DNA from: a phage
Reading direction: 5' to 3' (one strand)
Length of the DNA stretch: 64,000 nucleotides
Sequence record: PQ374922.1
Under the pieces are notes generated by a model. That model was not told the DNA's origin. It made no database searches and saw nothing but the letters and a program-made list of their open reading frames with translations. The translations under genes were made by a program, and so were the position numbers. Numbering within the stretch: position 1 is the stretch's first letter; each line of letters starts with the position of its first letter. Positions 34,235 through 43,422 of this stretch are shown piece after piece.

Positions 34235-35304
34235 TGGACCGCATGCTGAAGGTTGCTAAGAAACACGATGACCAGGCTTCAGTGCTGTCCAAATCCGACG
34301 CTCTGGAACCGTCTATCATCTGTTCTACTGGTATTCCCCTGATCGATATCGCATGGTCTGGGCGTATTGACGGCGGTCTGATCTCCGGTATCAAGATGAT
34401 GGTGGGTGATTCCCGTACCTTCAAAACGATGTTCGGTCTGGTAGACGTCAAGGCGTACATGGACAAGTTCCCTGATGCTATCTGCGTCTTTGCGGACTCA
34501 GAAAAGGGTGCCAACGCCGATTACTGGACCTCTATGGGCATTGACATGGACCGCGTCCTGTACGTACCGATCGACAACGTTGAACAGACCAAGATCCGCT
34601 TGCTGCAGATCCTACAGGAAGTCAAGAAAGGCGACCATGTTATAATCTTCATCGACTCTATCAGCCAACTTCCCTCCACCAAGGAAGTTGAAGATGCGAT
34701 CAAAGGGAACGACACTCAAGACATGACCCGCGCCCGTGCCCTTAACAGCTTCTGGCGTGTCATGACTCCCGAAATCAACAGCAAAAATCTCGTGTGTGTT
34801 TGGATCAACTCCTATTACGATGAGATCGGCAACCAGTATGCCGAGCCCAACATCAAAGGCGGCAAGCAGGGCTTCTTATCCTCCAACTTGATCTGGTTTA
34901 TCACCCGTTCTCAGGTGAAGGAAGACAAAGATCTGCTGGGCTGGAACTTCAACATAAGCATCATGAAAGGTCGCCATGTCAAAGAGAAAGCCAAGCTCCC
35001 TGTGACGGTACTGTACAACGGTGGTATTGATCGCTGGAGCGGCCTGCTTGAGATCGCTCGTGCTCTGGGTTATGTTGATATGCCGTCTTCCGGTTGGTAT
35101 GTGCGTACAGCCAAGGGTGGTTTCGATCCTGAGAAGGAAAAGAAATATCAAAAGCGTCAGATGGATGATGATTTCTGGTATCCGCTGCTGGAGAATGTCA
35201 ACTTCGCCGATGACGTGAAGAAAATGTTCGGTGTTTCTAACGGTACTGTTATGCCTGCTAACATGCTGGAGCAAATGGACCATGTTATCAACACAAGCGA
35301 ATAA
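34219..35304 (+). CDS. uvsX: RecA-like recombinase UvsX
   Basis: IPLIDIAWSGRIDGGLISGIKMMVGDSRTFKTMFGL aligns with remembered T4 UvsX IPMMNIALSGEITGGMQSGLLILAGPSKSFKSNFGL. Confidence 0.92.
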   Translation: MASSLMDRMLKVAKKHDDQASVLSKSDALEPSIICSTGIPLIDIAWSGRIDGGLISGIKMMVGDSRTFKTMFGLVDVKAYMDKFPDAICVFADSEKGANADYWTSMGIDMDRVLYVPIDNVEQTKIRLLQILQEVKKGDHVIIFIDSISQLPSTKEVEDAIKGNDTQDMTRARALNSFWRVMTPEINSKNLVCVWINSYYDEIGNQYAEPNIKGGKQGFLSSNLIWFITRSQVKEDKDLLGWNFNISIMKGRHVKEKAKLPVTVLYNGGIDRWSGLLEIARALGYVDMPSSGWYVRTAKGGFDPEKEKKYQKRQMDDDFWYPLLENVNFADDVKKMFGVSNGTVMPANMLEQMDHVINTSE

Positions 35305-35611
35305 CAGTGGAGGGGGAGGAGACTCCCCCAATAACTACACAATCATCGACCCTGGTGCTGATCAGCTGGCGATCATCAAGATCACTTCTGGCAAATTCCG
35401 TGGTGTTCAATTCCGGTTCGGCAAGGTGGCCATCAACGAAGTGGACGGCGAACCCCGCCTGTCTTTCGTGACTGATATATTGAAGAAACCATTGCGTCTG
35501 ATGTTTGTGAATTTGAAAGAAAATGACTTGTTCACTGAGGTGTCAGGGGATATCCTTGTAGAACTCATGCAGCGTAATGCTCAGGAATATAATAAATTTT
35601 TGGTGGGATGA
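35282..35611 (+). CDS. hypothetical protein
   Basis: ATG 35282 overlaps uvsX end by 23 nt; 109 aa; coding status uncertain. Confidence 0.35.
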   Translation: MLSTQANNSGGGGDSPNNYTIIDPGADQLAIIKITSGKFRGVQFRFGKVAINEVDGEPRLSFVTDILKKPLRLMFVNLKENDLFTEVSGDILVELMQRNAQEYNKFLVG

Positions 35612-35623
35612 CCGAGGGGTCCT

Positions 35624-36106
35624 ATGTTAACACAACAGTCTCTTAAAGAAATTCTGCATTACGACGAAGACACTGGGTGGTTTACATGGCTGACGGATCG
35701 TGGTGGTACTGCCAAAGCCGGAACAAGAGCTGGGTCTTTAAAACCTGACGGATACAGGGTTATAAGAATCGGCGAGAAGAAGCATTTAGAACACAGGTTG
35801 GCATTTCTCTATAAAACTGGTTCATGGCCAAAGAAATTGGTCGACCACAAAAATCGTATAAGAGACGACAACCGCTGGTTGAACCTTAGAGAATCTAATG
35901 AAAGCCAGAATGCCGTCAACACAGATTTGTATAGCCACAACACCACAGGCGCGAGGGGTGTATTTCGATACAAGAATAGATGGTGTGTGCAAATCAGAGT
36001 TAATGGGAAATATAGATCGTTTGGGTATTACGATGAATTCGAAGAAGCAAAGGAAATGGCGAACAAAGCCTACAAAGAATTGTTCGGAGAATTTTATCAA
36101 GGTTAG
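35624..36106 (+). CDS. HNH homing endonuclease with AP2-type DNA-binding domain
   Basis: HNH core DHKNRIRDDNRWLNLRE and C-terminal AP2-like GVFRYKNRWCVQIRVNGKYRSFGYYDEFEEA; AT-rich; inserted between uvsX region and gp41. Confidence 0.75.
   Translation: MLTQQSLKEILHYDEDTGWFTWLTDRGGTAKAGTRAGSLKPDGYRVIRIGEKKHLEHRLAFLYKTGSWPKKLVDHKNRIRDDNRWLNLRESNESQNAVNTDLYSHNTTGARGVFRYKNRWCVQIRVNGKYRSFGYYDEFEEAKEMANKAYKELFGEFYQG
35624..36106 (+). mobile_element. free-standing homing endonuclease gene (HEG)
   Basis: Intergenic HNH-AP2 ORF of lower GC between conserved replication genes. Confidence 0.5.
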
Positions 36107-36146
36107 TGTTTGGTCTCTGTCAAACCAGATAATTTAGGAACGCAAT

Positions 36147-37571
36147 ATGTTACTCGAATCTGTCGTGCTTTCACAGTTGATTTACAATGAAGATTACCAA
36201 AGAAAGATCCTGCCGTACCTGAAAGCCGATTATTTTGACAACGAAGGCGAAAAGGTCATCTTTGGTCTGATTGACAGTTATACCTCAGAGTACAATGCCC
36301 GCCCGTCTGTCGAAGCACTATCTATAATTCTTGAACGGACAAAGCTGAACGAATATGTGTTTGACCAGGCGGTATCTGCCCTGGAGAACATCAACGACAA
36401 CACCTTCAATGAAGAGTGGCTGGCGAAGGAAACCGAGGCTTGGGCGCGGCAAAAGGCCGTACACAACGCAATCAAGACCGCCGTTAACATCTACGGTGAC
36501 GAGAAGCGCAAGGACGAGATGAACAACATCCCGACCATGTTGCAGGAAGCCCTGGCGATCCGGTTTGATTCATACCTCGGTCACATCTATTGGGAGATGG
36601 CGGCAGAGCAGTATGACCACATGAACTCCAACGAGGCCAAGATCCCGTTCGCAGTTGAGATATTCAATAAGGCGACACGTGGTGGCGTTGGTAAGAAGAC
36701 ACTGAACATCGTAACAGGTGCGATCAACGCAGGTAAGACCACAACGCTGATTGACCTGACCGCAGGGTACTCTGAGCAGGGGCTGAACGTCTTTGTCTTC
36801 ACCCTTGAAGTGGCTGAGAACGTCTGGCGACACCGTCTTGATGCCCGTATCATGCGTCGCGACTTTGAGTCTTTAGAGAAACTCACAAGGCACGAGTATA
36901 TTGCAACGATAGAGAAGCTCCGCAGTCGCCAAGATGGTGCGCCCAAGGGTGATATCGTCATCAAGGAATATCCTTCCGGTACTGGACACACAGGTTTATT
37001 CCGCCGCGATATCCTTGAGTACATCCAGGCAACTGGTCGTGCTCCTGATGTTATCGTTATTGACTATCTTGGCGAAGCTGCTTCCTCGCGCCTGCCTGCC
37101 CACCTGATGCAGAACACGAACGTCTATTACACGTCTGTGGCTCGTGAGTTTCGTGCGCTGGGATTTGAGTTTGATGTCCCTGTATGGACTGGTATGCAGT
37201 TCAATCGTGAGAATCAGAATAGCACTGATGGTGGAATCAGTGATTTGGCAGATGCTATCGGTATTCCGAAGGTGGCCGACTTCATCATGGCATTCTATGC
37301 TCCTGACGAACTGGCGGCGGTCAAGAAAGCCCGAGCCTCAATACTCAAGAACCGTTATGCCAACAAGCAGAAGCTGAAATCATTCCTGTTTGGTATGGAC
37401 CAAGACAAACAGATCCTGTTTGACCTGGACTGGAATGAAGTTAAGAAGGACCTGACTGAGGCTGAGGCCAAATATGTCGAAAACGTACACATCAAACATG
37501 ACCTCAACAAGTCCGGGGCTGCTGTCAGCGATGAGCAGAAAGCCCAAACGGTCAATAATTGGAAATTCTAG
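36147..37571 (+). CDS. 41: replicative DNA helicase, DnaB-like (T4 gp41 family)
   Basis: Walker A GAINAGKTT; blocks IRFDSYLGHIYWE and ADFIMAFYAPDE match remembered T4 gp41 (ISFDSYVGHDWMD, ADFMLAVIETEE). Confidence 0.92.
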   Translation: MLLESVVLSQLIYNEDYQRKILPYLKADYFDNEGEKVIFGLIDSYTSEYNARPSVEALSIILERTKLNEYVFDQAVSALENINDNTFNEEWLAKETEAWARQKAVHNAIKTAVNIYGDEKRKDEMNNIPTMLQEALAIRFDSYLGHIYWEMAAEQYDHMNSNEAKIPFAVEIFNKATRGGVGKKTLNIVTGAINAGKTTTLIDLTAGYSEQGLNVFVFTLEVAENVWRHRLDARIMRRDFESLEKLTRHEYIATIEKLRSRQDGAPKGDIVIKEYPSGTGHTGLFRRDILEYIQATGRAPDVIVIDYLGEAASSRLPAHLMQNTNVYYTSVAREFRALGFEFDVPVWTGMQFNRENQNSTDGGISDLADAIGIPKVADFIMAFYAPDELAAVKKARASILKNRYANKQKLKSFLFGMDQDKQILFDLDWNEVKKDLTEAEAKYVENVHIKHDLNKSGAAVSDEQKAQTVNNWKF

Positions 37572-37635
37572 GCAATTCAATAAGGCGGGTCATAGGGTAT
37601 AATTCTATGATCTGAATGTAAACCAGGAGCACATC

Positions 37636-37971
37636 ATGTCACACAATGATTTTATGGCTGGCCTGGTGCAGGCCGCCAAACAGGTGTGCCACACCAAACA
37701 AGCGATTGAGCTGAGTCCGGAGCAGACTCTGGAGTTCTTCAACAATCGTAAAATCTGGGAGGAATATGGAATTGGTATGATATGCCAAGAGGGTGAACTC
37801 GTACAGCTGGATCTACCGTCATTTCCCCTTCCAGTGCGCACCAACACAGTGGAATGGTATACGACGGAAGATGGTGTAGAGATCATCCCGAAGTTCCAGT
37901 ATCACTCAATCGTAAACTTCTTTTTACGCCGTTGCGGGACTAATCTGATCCCACGAGGTATGAGATCTTAA
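37636..37971 (+). CDS. hypothetical protein
   Basis: 111 aa; SD AGGAG upstream. Confidence 0.5.
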   Translation: MSHNDFMAGLVQAAKQVCHTKQAIELSPEQTLEFFNNRKIWEEYGIGMICQEGELVQLDLPSFPLPVRTNTVEWYTTEDGVEIIPKFQYHSIVNFFLRRCGTNLIPRGMRS

Positions 37972-37986
37972 CAAGAGGAACACCAA

Positions 37987-38301
37987 ATGTCTGTAGAACA
38001 AATCGGCTTTTATGTACTACCATCTGATCCTGAATCCCGTCGCAAGCTGATAGGTGCGATTGAAAACTGTCGTGCCGCCCAGGTCCGCATCAAGTCGGAA
38101 CAGACTTTCATTACTGAGACTCTGGCCGAGCTGGCGAAAGACACGGGTATCAAGGCCAGCGATTTGCGCAAGGTTGTATCCGACCGCGCCAATGGAACTT
38201 ACCATAAGACGATCGAAACGAGCGAGAAATATCAAGACTTATACGAGTCTCTATTCCCGAACGCCAAGCCCGATCGAGATCCGAATGCCAGTGGCGAATA
38301 A
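37987..38301 (+). CDS. hypothetical protein
   Basis: 104 aa; SD GAGGAA upstream; followed by strong terminator. Confidence 0.5.
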   Translation: MSVEQIGFYVLPSDPESRRKLIGAIENCRAAQVRIKSEQTFITETLAELAKDTGIKASDLRKVVSDRANGTYHKTIETSEKYQDLYESLFPNAKPDRDPNASGE

Positions 38302-38319
38302 GTCAATCGAACACCAAGA

Positions 38320-38346
38320 AGCCCAGTCAAGTACTGGGCTTTTTAA
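38320..38346 (+). terminator. intrinsic terminator
   Basis: AGCCCAGT-loop-ACTGGGCT followed by TTTTT. Confidence 0.65.
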
Positions 38347-38356
38347 CTTCAATAAC

Positions 38357-38385
38357 TTTACTTTCAAGAAATAATCGCCTAATAT
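38357..38385 (+). promoter_or_regulatory. sigma70-like early promoter, copy D (TTTACT-N17-TAATAT)
   Basis: -35 38357..38362, -10 38380..38385; directly after terminator. Confidence 0.45.
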
Positions 38386-38416
38386 TTAATCTGTATTGAA
38401 GAGTTACAACTACATC

Positions 38417-39622
38417 ATGAGGCTGGAAATGAACGTCAAAACATTCAATATTCCGATCGACAATGAAGGGTTGGTAGTTGAGCGACTGAAGAAGCTCGAG
38501 CGCACTGCCGAAAGGTTGGGTGTTCCGTTTCCGACTGTGACTTATGGTGAACCCTTCAAAACCCACACCCGCGACTTCACTGGTGAGATCCTTACTCACT
38601 GGTGGAAACCTGTTACTCTCGAAGGCGAAGGCATTGACCGCCCCATCTCTTATGGTGGCTGGAAGATCATCGGTCAGTTCAATCACGAATATCCAAAGGT
38701 TATTCTTAACCGCCTGTCCGACAACATCAATCCCGACTTCATCCGTCGCTTCGAGGCAGAGAACGTCTCTTGGTGTCAGCATTGCAATCTAGCCATCCGT
38801 CGCAAGAACACATATGTGATTGAAAATGAGGAAACGCACACCCAGATGCTGATTGGTAGCACCTGTATGCATCATTATGTGCCTCATCAGAAGTCCCTTG
38901 ACGCGATTATGTCTTACTATCTGGAAATCCAAGAGTTCTTCATGCCAGACGAGGACGACCCAGAGGGTATATATCGCGTCCAAAATGAGCGCTTCACCGA
39001 CACCCACAGTTACCTGCGCGCATGCTTCCAGGTAATGCTGGCAGGCGTGGATATCAAGTCTGAACTGTTTGACAAAGTACTGGGCTATGTCCGGTCTCAC
39101 CAGAAACCAAAAGCAGGTTCCGATGAAGAGTATTTCGTAAACAAGGCACACGAATACCGTGAAGATGCCGAGTCGGAAATGTACCATATGAAGCTCTTCA
39201 TCAGTGCGCTGTCCGAATCCAATGAGTTCAATGTCCGCCTGAAACGCATGTGTGAACCCGGCTATCACCTCATCAAGGATAACAACACAGTCCGCTGGGG
39301 TGCCAAGAAGTATTACGATTACATCCATCGTCCTCGTACTGACCGCAAGGCGGAGAACAAATGGGTGGGCGAAGTCGGTGAAATGCTGGAAGTGCAAGTC
39401 AGGTTCGACAAGCGCACCTTCCTCTTCTCCAATGAATATGGTGATAGTTACCTGTTTACTTTCAAAACAGCAGAAGGCAATACAATTACATGGAAGACCT
39501 CTTATATGGATACAGAGTTCTTGCAGGGCGATATGATCATCCGTGGTCGTGTCAAAGAACTGACTGAGTACAACGGCGTTAAACAAACTCAGGTCACCAG
39601 AGCCAAATTGAGGAAATTATGA
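38417..39622 (+). CDS. hypothetical protein with CxxC...C/H cluster
   Basis: 401 aa from ATG 38417 (conserved leader AACTACATC); WCQHCN...STCMHH possible zinc site; function unknown. Confidence 0.5.
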   Translation: MRLEMNVKTFNIPIDNEGLVVERLKKLERTAERLGVPFPTVTYGEPFKTHTRDFTGEILTHWWKPVTLEGEGIDRPISYGGWKIIGQFNHEYPKVILNRLSDNINPDFIRRFEAENVSWCQHCNLAIRRKNTYVIENEETHTQMLIGSTCMHHYVPHQKSLDAIMSYYLEIQEFFMPDEDDPEGIYRVQNERFTDTHSYLRACFQVMLAGVDIKSELFDKVLGYVRSHQKPKAGSDEEYFVNKAHEYREDAESEMYHMKLFISALSESNEFNVRLKRMCEPGYHLIKDNNTVRWGAKKYYDYIHRPRTDRKAENKWVGEVGEMLEVQVRFDKRTFLFSNEYGDSYLFTFKTAEGNTITWKTSYMDTEFLQGDMIIRGRVKELTEYNGVKQTQVTRAKLRKL

Positions 39623-39735
39623 ATTTAATTGAGTTTGTCCTGAAGTCGTTCGCCTTTGGTCTGATAGCATGCGGGATGATTACAGCTGTGCTTCTCATCA
39701 TAGCCCTGGTCATCCCCTTTAAGAGGAAACGTTGA
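39619..39735 (+). CDS. small hydrophobic peptide (38 aa)
   Basis: ATGA overlap with upstream stop; single predicted TM helix (FAFGLIACGMITAVLLIIALVI) and basic tail; below ORF-track cutoff. Confidence 0.3.
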   Translation: MNLIEFVLKSFAFGLIACGMITAVLLIIALVIPFKRKR

Positions 39736-39947
39736 TGGAATGTTCATGCGGAGGGCAGGGCACAAGTGCTTACCTGCCATTCACCACTGTGAAGGAAGCC
39801 GAAGCCGCTGGATTTGCCGTGGACAAGGCTCCCTGTGTAATCGCCACGAAGGATTGCCCGTGCTGTAAGAGGCACTCTCAGGACGTCTTCTACGCCCCTG
39901 ATGCGCGTCCGGCTACGGTCAACCTGCTCTCACTGATGAGGAAGTGA
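39735..39947 (+). CDS. small Cys-rich protein
   Basis: 70 aa with CSCGG ... CPCC cysteine clusters. Confidence 0.4.
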   Translation: MECSCGGQGTSAYLPFTTVKEAEAAGFAVDKAPCVIATKDCPCCKRHSQDVFYAPDARPATVNLLSLMRK

Positions 39948-40175
39948 CATGCGCGAGTATTTCAACTGGCTGTTGGGTAAGCCCCTGATGCGCTGAGATC
40001 CGTTGTCTAATCGATGCCATTGACGCCCGACAACACAAGCGCCGGATTAATCACACAGAGGCTCAGGCCGAAATTAAAATCGTGAAGAAGTCCACAAGGC
40101 TCTGGGTTTCATAACAAATAATTCAATAAACTATTCACCCATATAATACATGGGAACTTACAGAAGGAACAGACC

Positions 40176-40517
40176 ATGACTACACTCGTAGAAACATTAT
40201 TCCCAGGCTGCGTGCTTGGGCGCGGTGGATCCGAAGCCAACGGGCTACCGATTGACGTCGAACCTCAGAACTGTGTTATTGTTGACAAGTTTCACGACAA
40301 CCATTATGCCCTGAACAATCGTCGTGACCACTATCTTGTTTCCGTAGGAGATTCTTTGGTCAGTCTGCGCATCTGCAAGGCTATGCCAGGATCCGGCTAT
40401 GGAGCATTCGCCTATATTCACAGCGTGTCAAATGACGAGCTGGGTAAAGAAGCTCTGGTTGAAAAATTCAAGAGTTGGAAGGATTCTTTCACCTCAATTG
40501 AACCTCCGAAGAAATAA
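40176..40517 (+). CDS. hypothetical protein
   Basis: 113 aa; SD AAGGAA upstream. Confidence 0.5.
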   Translation: MTTLVETLFPGCVLGRGGSEANGLPIDVEPQNCVIVDKFHDNHYALNNRRDHYLVSVGDSLVSLRICKAMPGSGYGAFAYIHSVSNDELGKEALVEKFKSWKDSFTSIEPPKK

Positions 40518-40588
40518 CTGAGGACTACACACTGACCTCATTATCGGTCAGGCAAAATCTCACACCCGCCAATAATCTATTGAAGTCC

Positions 40589-40621
40589 CCAGGGTTATAA
40601 TAGCAGCACATATAACCCTGG
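40589..40621 (+). promoter_or_regulatory. hairpin immediately upstream of DNA ligase RBS
   Basis: 11-bp inverted repeat CCAGGGTTATA / TATAACCCTGG with 11-nt loop; GGAG SD overlaps 3-prime arm end. Confidence 0.4.
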
Positions 40622-40630
40622 AGACACCAC

Positions 40631-42061
40631 ATGATCCCTATCCTTGAAACAGTCCACCGACTTCGCGAAACCAAAGGCAGCAATGCGAAGAAAGCCGTGC
40701 TGACCGAAGCATTCAAGAACAACCCAGACTTGGCAGACTTCCTGCAATATGTCTATGACCCAATGACGTCGTTCTATCGGACTGAGTTGAAGCTCAGCGC
40801 GTACCCTCGCATGCTCGTCCGTGAGAAGACTGATGACATCAGCGAAGTCTATGACGTCCTCGACCAGATGGCACAGCGCCTTGTCGGTGGCCAAAAGGCT
40901 GATGCCCTGTTGGCCTCTGTCGCCCTGAAGATGGATCCCCAATACCACGAACTCATTCAGATGATCCTAGACCGTGATATCAAGGCGGGTATCGCTGAGA
41001 AGGGCATCAACGCTGCATTCAACGCCGCCGGAGGCACTGGACGCCTGATCAACATTCTTCCATATCATCGTTATGACAACATGACGATTGACCTGCTGAA
41101 GAAGATGGACTTCAAGCGCGGCGTCTACAGCCAGCTGAAGTCAGACGGTATGTTCGCCAACATCATCTGTCGTTACAACAAAGAGCCTGAGATTCGCTCT
41201 CGCTCCGGTTCCCTTATTGCAGGCGGTTCGGTTGATAACCTTTCACTGGTGTTCAAAGACCTGATCTACGATGCGGGGATTGGTGAGAGTGTGTTCCATG
41301 GTGAACTTCTCGTTGTTGACCTCAAGTCGAATACCATCCTGCCTCGTGCTGTCGGTAACGGTAAACTCAACAGCGTGATTCAGACAGGAGAACCCCTAGA
41401 AGATCGTTATCGGGTGATCTACCGGGTGTGGGATGTTGTCCCGTACGACAACTGGTTCAACTCCCAGCGCGTGGACACCCCGTATGAGCGCCGCTTCGAT
41501 ATCATCCAGCAACTGTTTGATGAAGACGACGGTCTGGTTCAGGTTCAAGAAACCCGCGTTGTTCACTCATTTGCCGAAGCCGTTGACCACTTCAAAGACG
41601 CGCTGGCTCGCAAAGAAGAAGGCACGATATGTAAGGCCGCCGACATGCCTTGGGAAGATGGTACTTCTTCTGAAGGTCTGAAGCTGAAGATGGAGGTTGA
41701 GTGTGACCTTGAAATCGTGGGCTTCAACGAGGCTGACAAGAAGGGTAAACACGCCAAGACTTTTGGCTCACTGATTTGTAAAACTTCCGACAGCCTGCTT
41801 GTTGTTGGCGTATCAGGGATCTCAGATGAGCTGAGACGCCATATGTGGGAGAACCAGGGCGACTACATTGGCAAGATCGCCGCAGTGCTCTCCAATGGCG
41901 TACAGGATAAGACAGATGATGCGATGAAGTCTTTGTTCCTGCCTCGCCTTGTAGAAGTCCGCATTGACAAGAAAGTGGCCAACACACTGGATGAAGTCTA
42001 TGCGATACAGAAAGCGTACATCGAAAACATCGCATTCCTGTTGGAGAAGAGTAATGGGTGA
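40631..42061 (+). CDS. ATP-dependent DNA ligase
   Basis: 476 aa; adenylation motif I KSDG (YSQLKSDGMFANI) and downstream nucleotidyltransferase/OB layout; size like T4 ligase. Confidence 0.85.
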   Translation: MIPILETVHRLRETKGSNAKKAVLTEAFKNNPDLADFLQYVYDPMTSFYRTELKLSAYPRMLVREKTDDISEVYDVLDQMAQRLVGGQKADALLASVALKMDPQYHELIQMILDRDIKAGIAEKGINAAFNAAGGTGRLINILPYHRYDNMTIDLLKKMDFKRGVYSQLKSDGMFANIICRYNKEPEIRSRSGSLIAGGSVDNLSLVFKDLIYDAGIGESVFHGELLVVDLKSNTILPRAVGNGKLNSVIQTGEPLEDRYRVIYRVWDVVPYDNWFNSQRVDTPYERRFDIIQQLFDEDDGLVQVQETRVVHSFAEAVDHFKDALARKEEGTICKAADMPWEDGTSSEGLKLKMEVECDLEIVGFNEADKKGKHAKTFGSLICKTSDSLLVVGVSGISDELRRHMWENQGDYIGKIAAVLSNGVQDKTDDAMKSLFLPRLVEVRIDKKVANTLDEVYAIQKAYIENIAFLLEKSNG

Positions 42062-42065
42062 GTAT

Positions 42066-42287
42066 ATGAGTTTCTGGTGGGCGAAGTTCTTGGTTGAACT
42101 TCAGATATCCGGCATCGTCTTCTTGATCGCCGTGATCCTAGTTGCCCGTTCGGCGTTCAAGCAATGGCGCTGCAAACACAGCACCTATCGTGAGAACCAT
42201 GCTTGCCATGCTATCTGCACCCATTGCGGGAAGGATCTTGGGTTTGTGGGTACTGTCCGCAAGATGAAGAATCACAAAGAGGTGTGA
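42066..42287 (+). CDS. small membrane protein with Cys/His cluster
   Basis: 73 aa; TM helix ISGIVFLIAVILVA then CKHS...CHAICTHCG. Confidence 0.4.
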   Translation: MSFWWAKFLVELQISGIVFLIAVILVARSAFKQWRCKHSTYRENHACHAICTHCGKDLGFVGTVRKMKNHKEV

Positions 42288-42291
42288 TCTG

Positions 42292-42549
42292 ATGGACGAG
42301 CTATTCGCATTGGTGATTGCATTAACGTTCTTACTGTCCTTGATTATCAGCTCGCTTGTGTTGTTGCTGGTGTGGATAGCTATTCCCGAGATCAATAACC
42401 ACAAGGCGCTCGTTGTCGTGATTATCCTAGGTCTGAGTGCTTCCCTCACTCTTCACTATTCCAAACAGGAGTATAATCCTAACAAATATTATAAGACATT
42501 AGCGGACAAGTATCATGAGTTTAAGAATGAAAGAGCTTCCGGTAAATGA
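42292..42549 (+). CDS. small membrane protein (two predicted TM helices)
   Basis: 85 aa; hydrophobic LVIALTFLLSLIISSLVLLLVWIAI and ALVVVIILGLSASLTL. Confidence 0.45.
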   Translation: MDELFALVIALTFLLSLIISSLVLLLVWIAIPEINNHKALVVVIILGLSASLTLHYSKQEYNPNKYYKTLADKYHEFKNERASGK

Positions 42550-42769
42550 CAAGAAGTACATGTACAAGGTTCTGCTGAGCCTCGGGGTGTCACAATCTGG
42601 GCTGGCTCGTTTATTGGATTGTTCTAATGTTGTGAACTACTGGGCGAAGGGTTATCGTGTTGTCCCCCGCTCCTTCCGTCGCTTCATCCTGGTGTTACAG
42701 TTCATCAAGAAGAAAGGGCTGATGGAAGAGTTATTGCAATTTATTAAAGAAGAGGAACGCAAATGCTAA
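42515..42769 (+). CDS. small protein with helix-turn-helix-like segment
   Basis: Segment VSQSGLARLLDCSNVVNYWAKG resembles an HTH; start codon uncertain (42515, 42527 or 42560). Confidence 0.35.
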   Translation: MSLRMKELPVNDKKYMYKVLLSLGVSQSGLARLLDCSNVVNYWAKGYRVVPRSFRRFILVLQFIKKKGLMEELLQFIKEEERKC

Positions 42770-43422
42770 CAGAGTGGCAGAAGATGGAGTTCGAGCGGGC
42801 GTTCAACGTTTACTGTGTCTTCATGGCGATCAAGCTGCACTTCACCACTAAGGACTTCGATTACAGCTTGTATGGACCGATGAATTACAAGTTCGAGACG
42901 TTCTTGGCGAAGGAGGCCGTGTGCAAACAGTTTGCTCGCCTTGCCCGTCGGTTCGAGTCATCACAGGGTGAAGTGGTAGAGAACTACATCATTGCCAACT
43001 TCATCAAATCACCCAAGACCTGGGTGACGACATTGCTTACACGCCAGGCTCAGGCCAATTATGATGAATACCGTAAGCTGTACGAGAACTTCACATATAA
43101 CTTCCTTGAGGAGTTCGAGCGGGAGATGATCCCTGCCATAAGGGAGCGCAACTGCACCTTCATTGAGTACATCAAGGGGACGGGTACAGGTCATCCACCG
43201 TTGCTGACAGACATCATCATCAAGAAGTTCCCGATTTGGTTCCTTGTCGGTCTGAACAAGATCGTTGGTTTCATTCATCTATACGATACGATTCTGCGTG
43301 ATGACATCTACTGGAACTCAGAGGCGTTCTTGCTCAGGAAGACGAATGCTGTGGTTCCGGATGAGGATACCACATATTCAAAACAGAGACTCCGTGAGCT
43401 AATACAAGCCCACGGAATCTGA
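42763..43422 (+). CDS. helicase loader, gp59-like (putative)
   Basis: 219 aa; blocks VENYIIANFIKSPKTW and NYDEYRKLYENFTYNFLEEFERE resemble remembered T4 gp59 (ELALIFISNLVANQDAW, FYREYIGRLKQIKFKFEEDIRN). Confidence 0.5.
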   Translation: MLTEWQKMEFERAFNVYCVFMAIKLHFTTKDFDYSLYGPMNYKFETFLAKEAVCKQFARLARRFESSQGEVVENYIIANFIKSPKTWVTTLLTRQAQANYDEYRKLYENFTYNFLEEFEREMIPAIRERNCTFIEYIKGTGTGHPPLLTDIIIKKFPIWFLVGLNKIVGFIHLYDTILRDDIYWNSEAFLLRKTNAVVPDEDTTYSKQRLRELIQAHGI

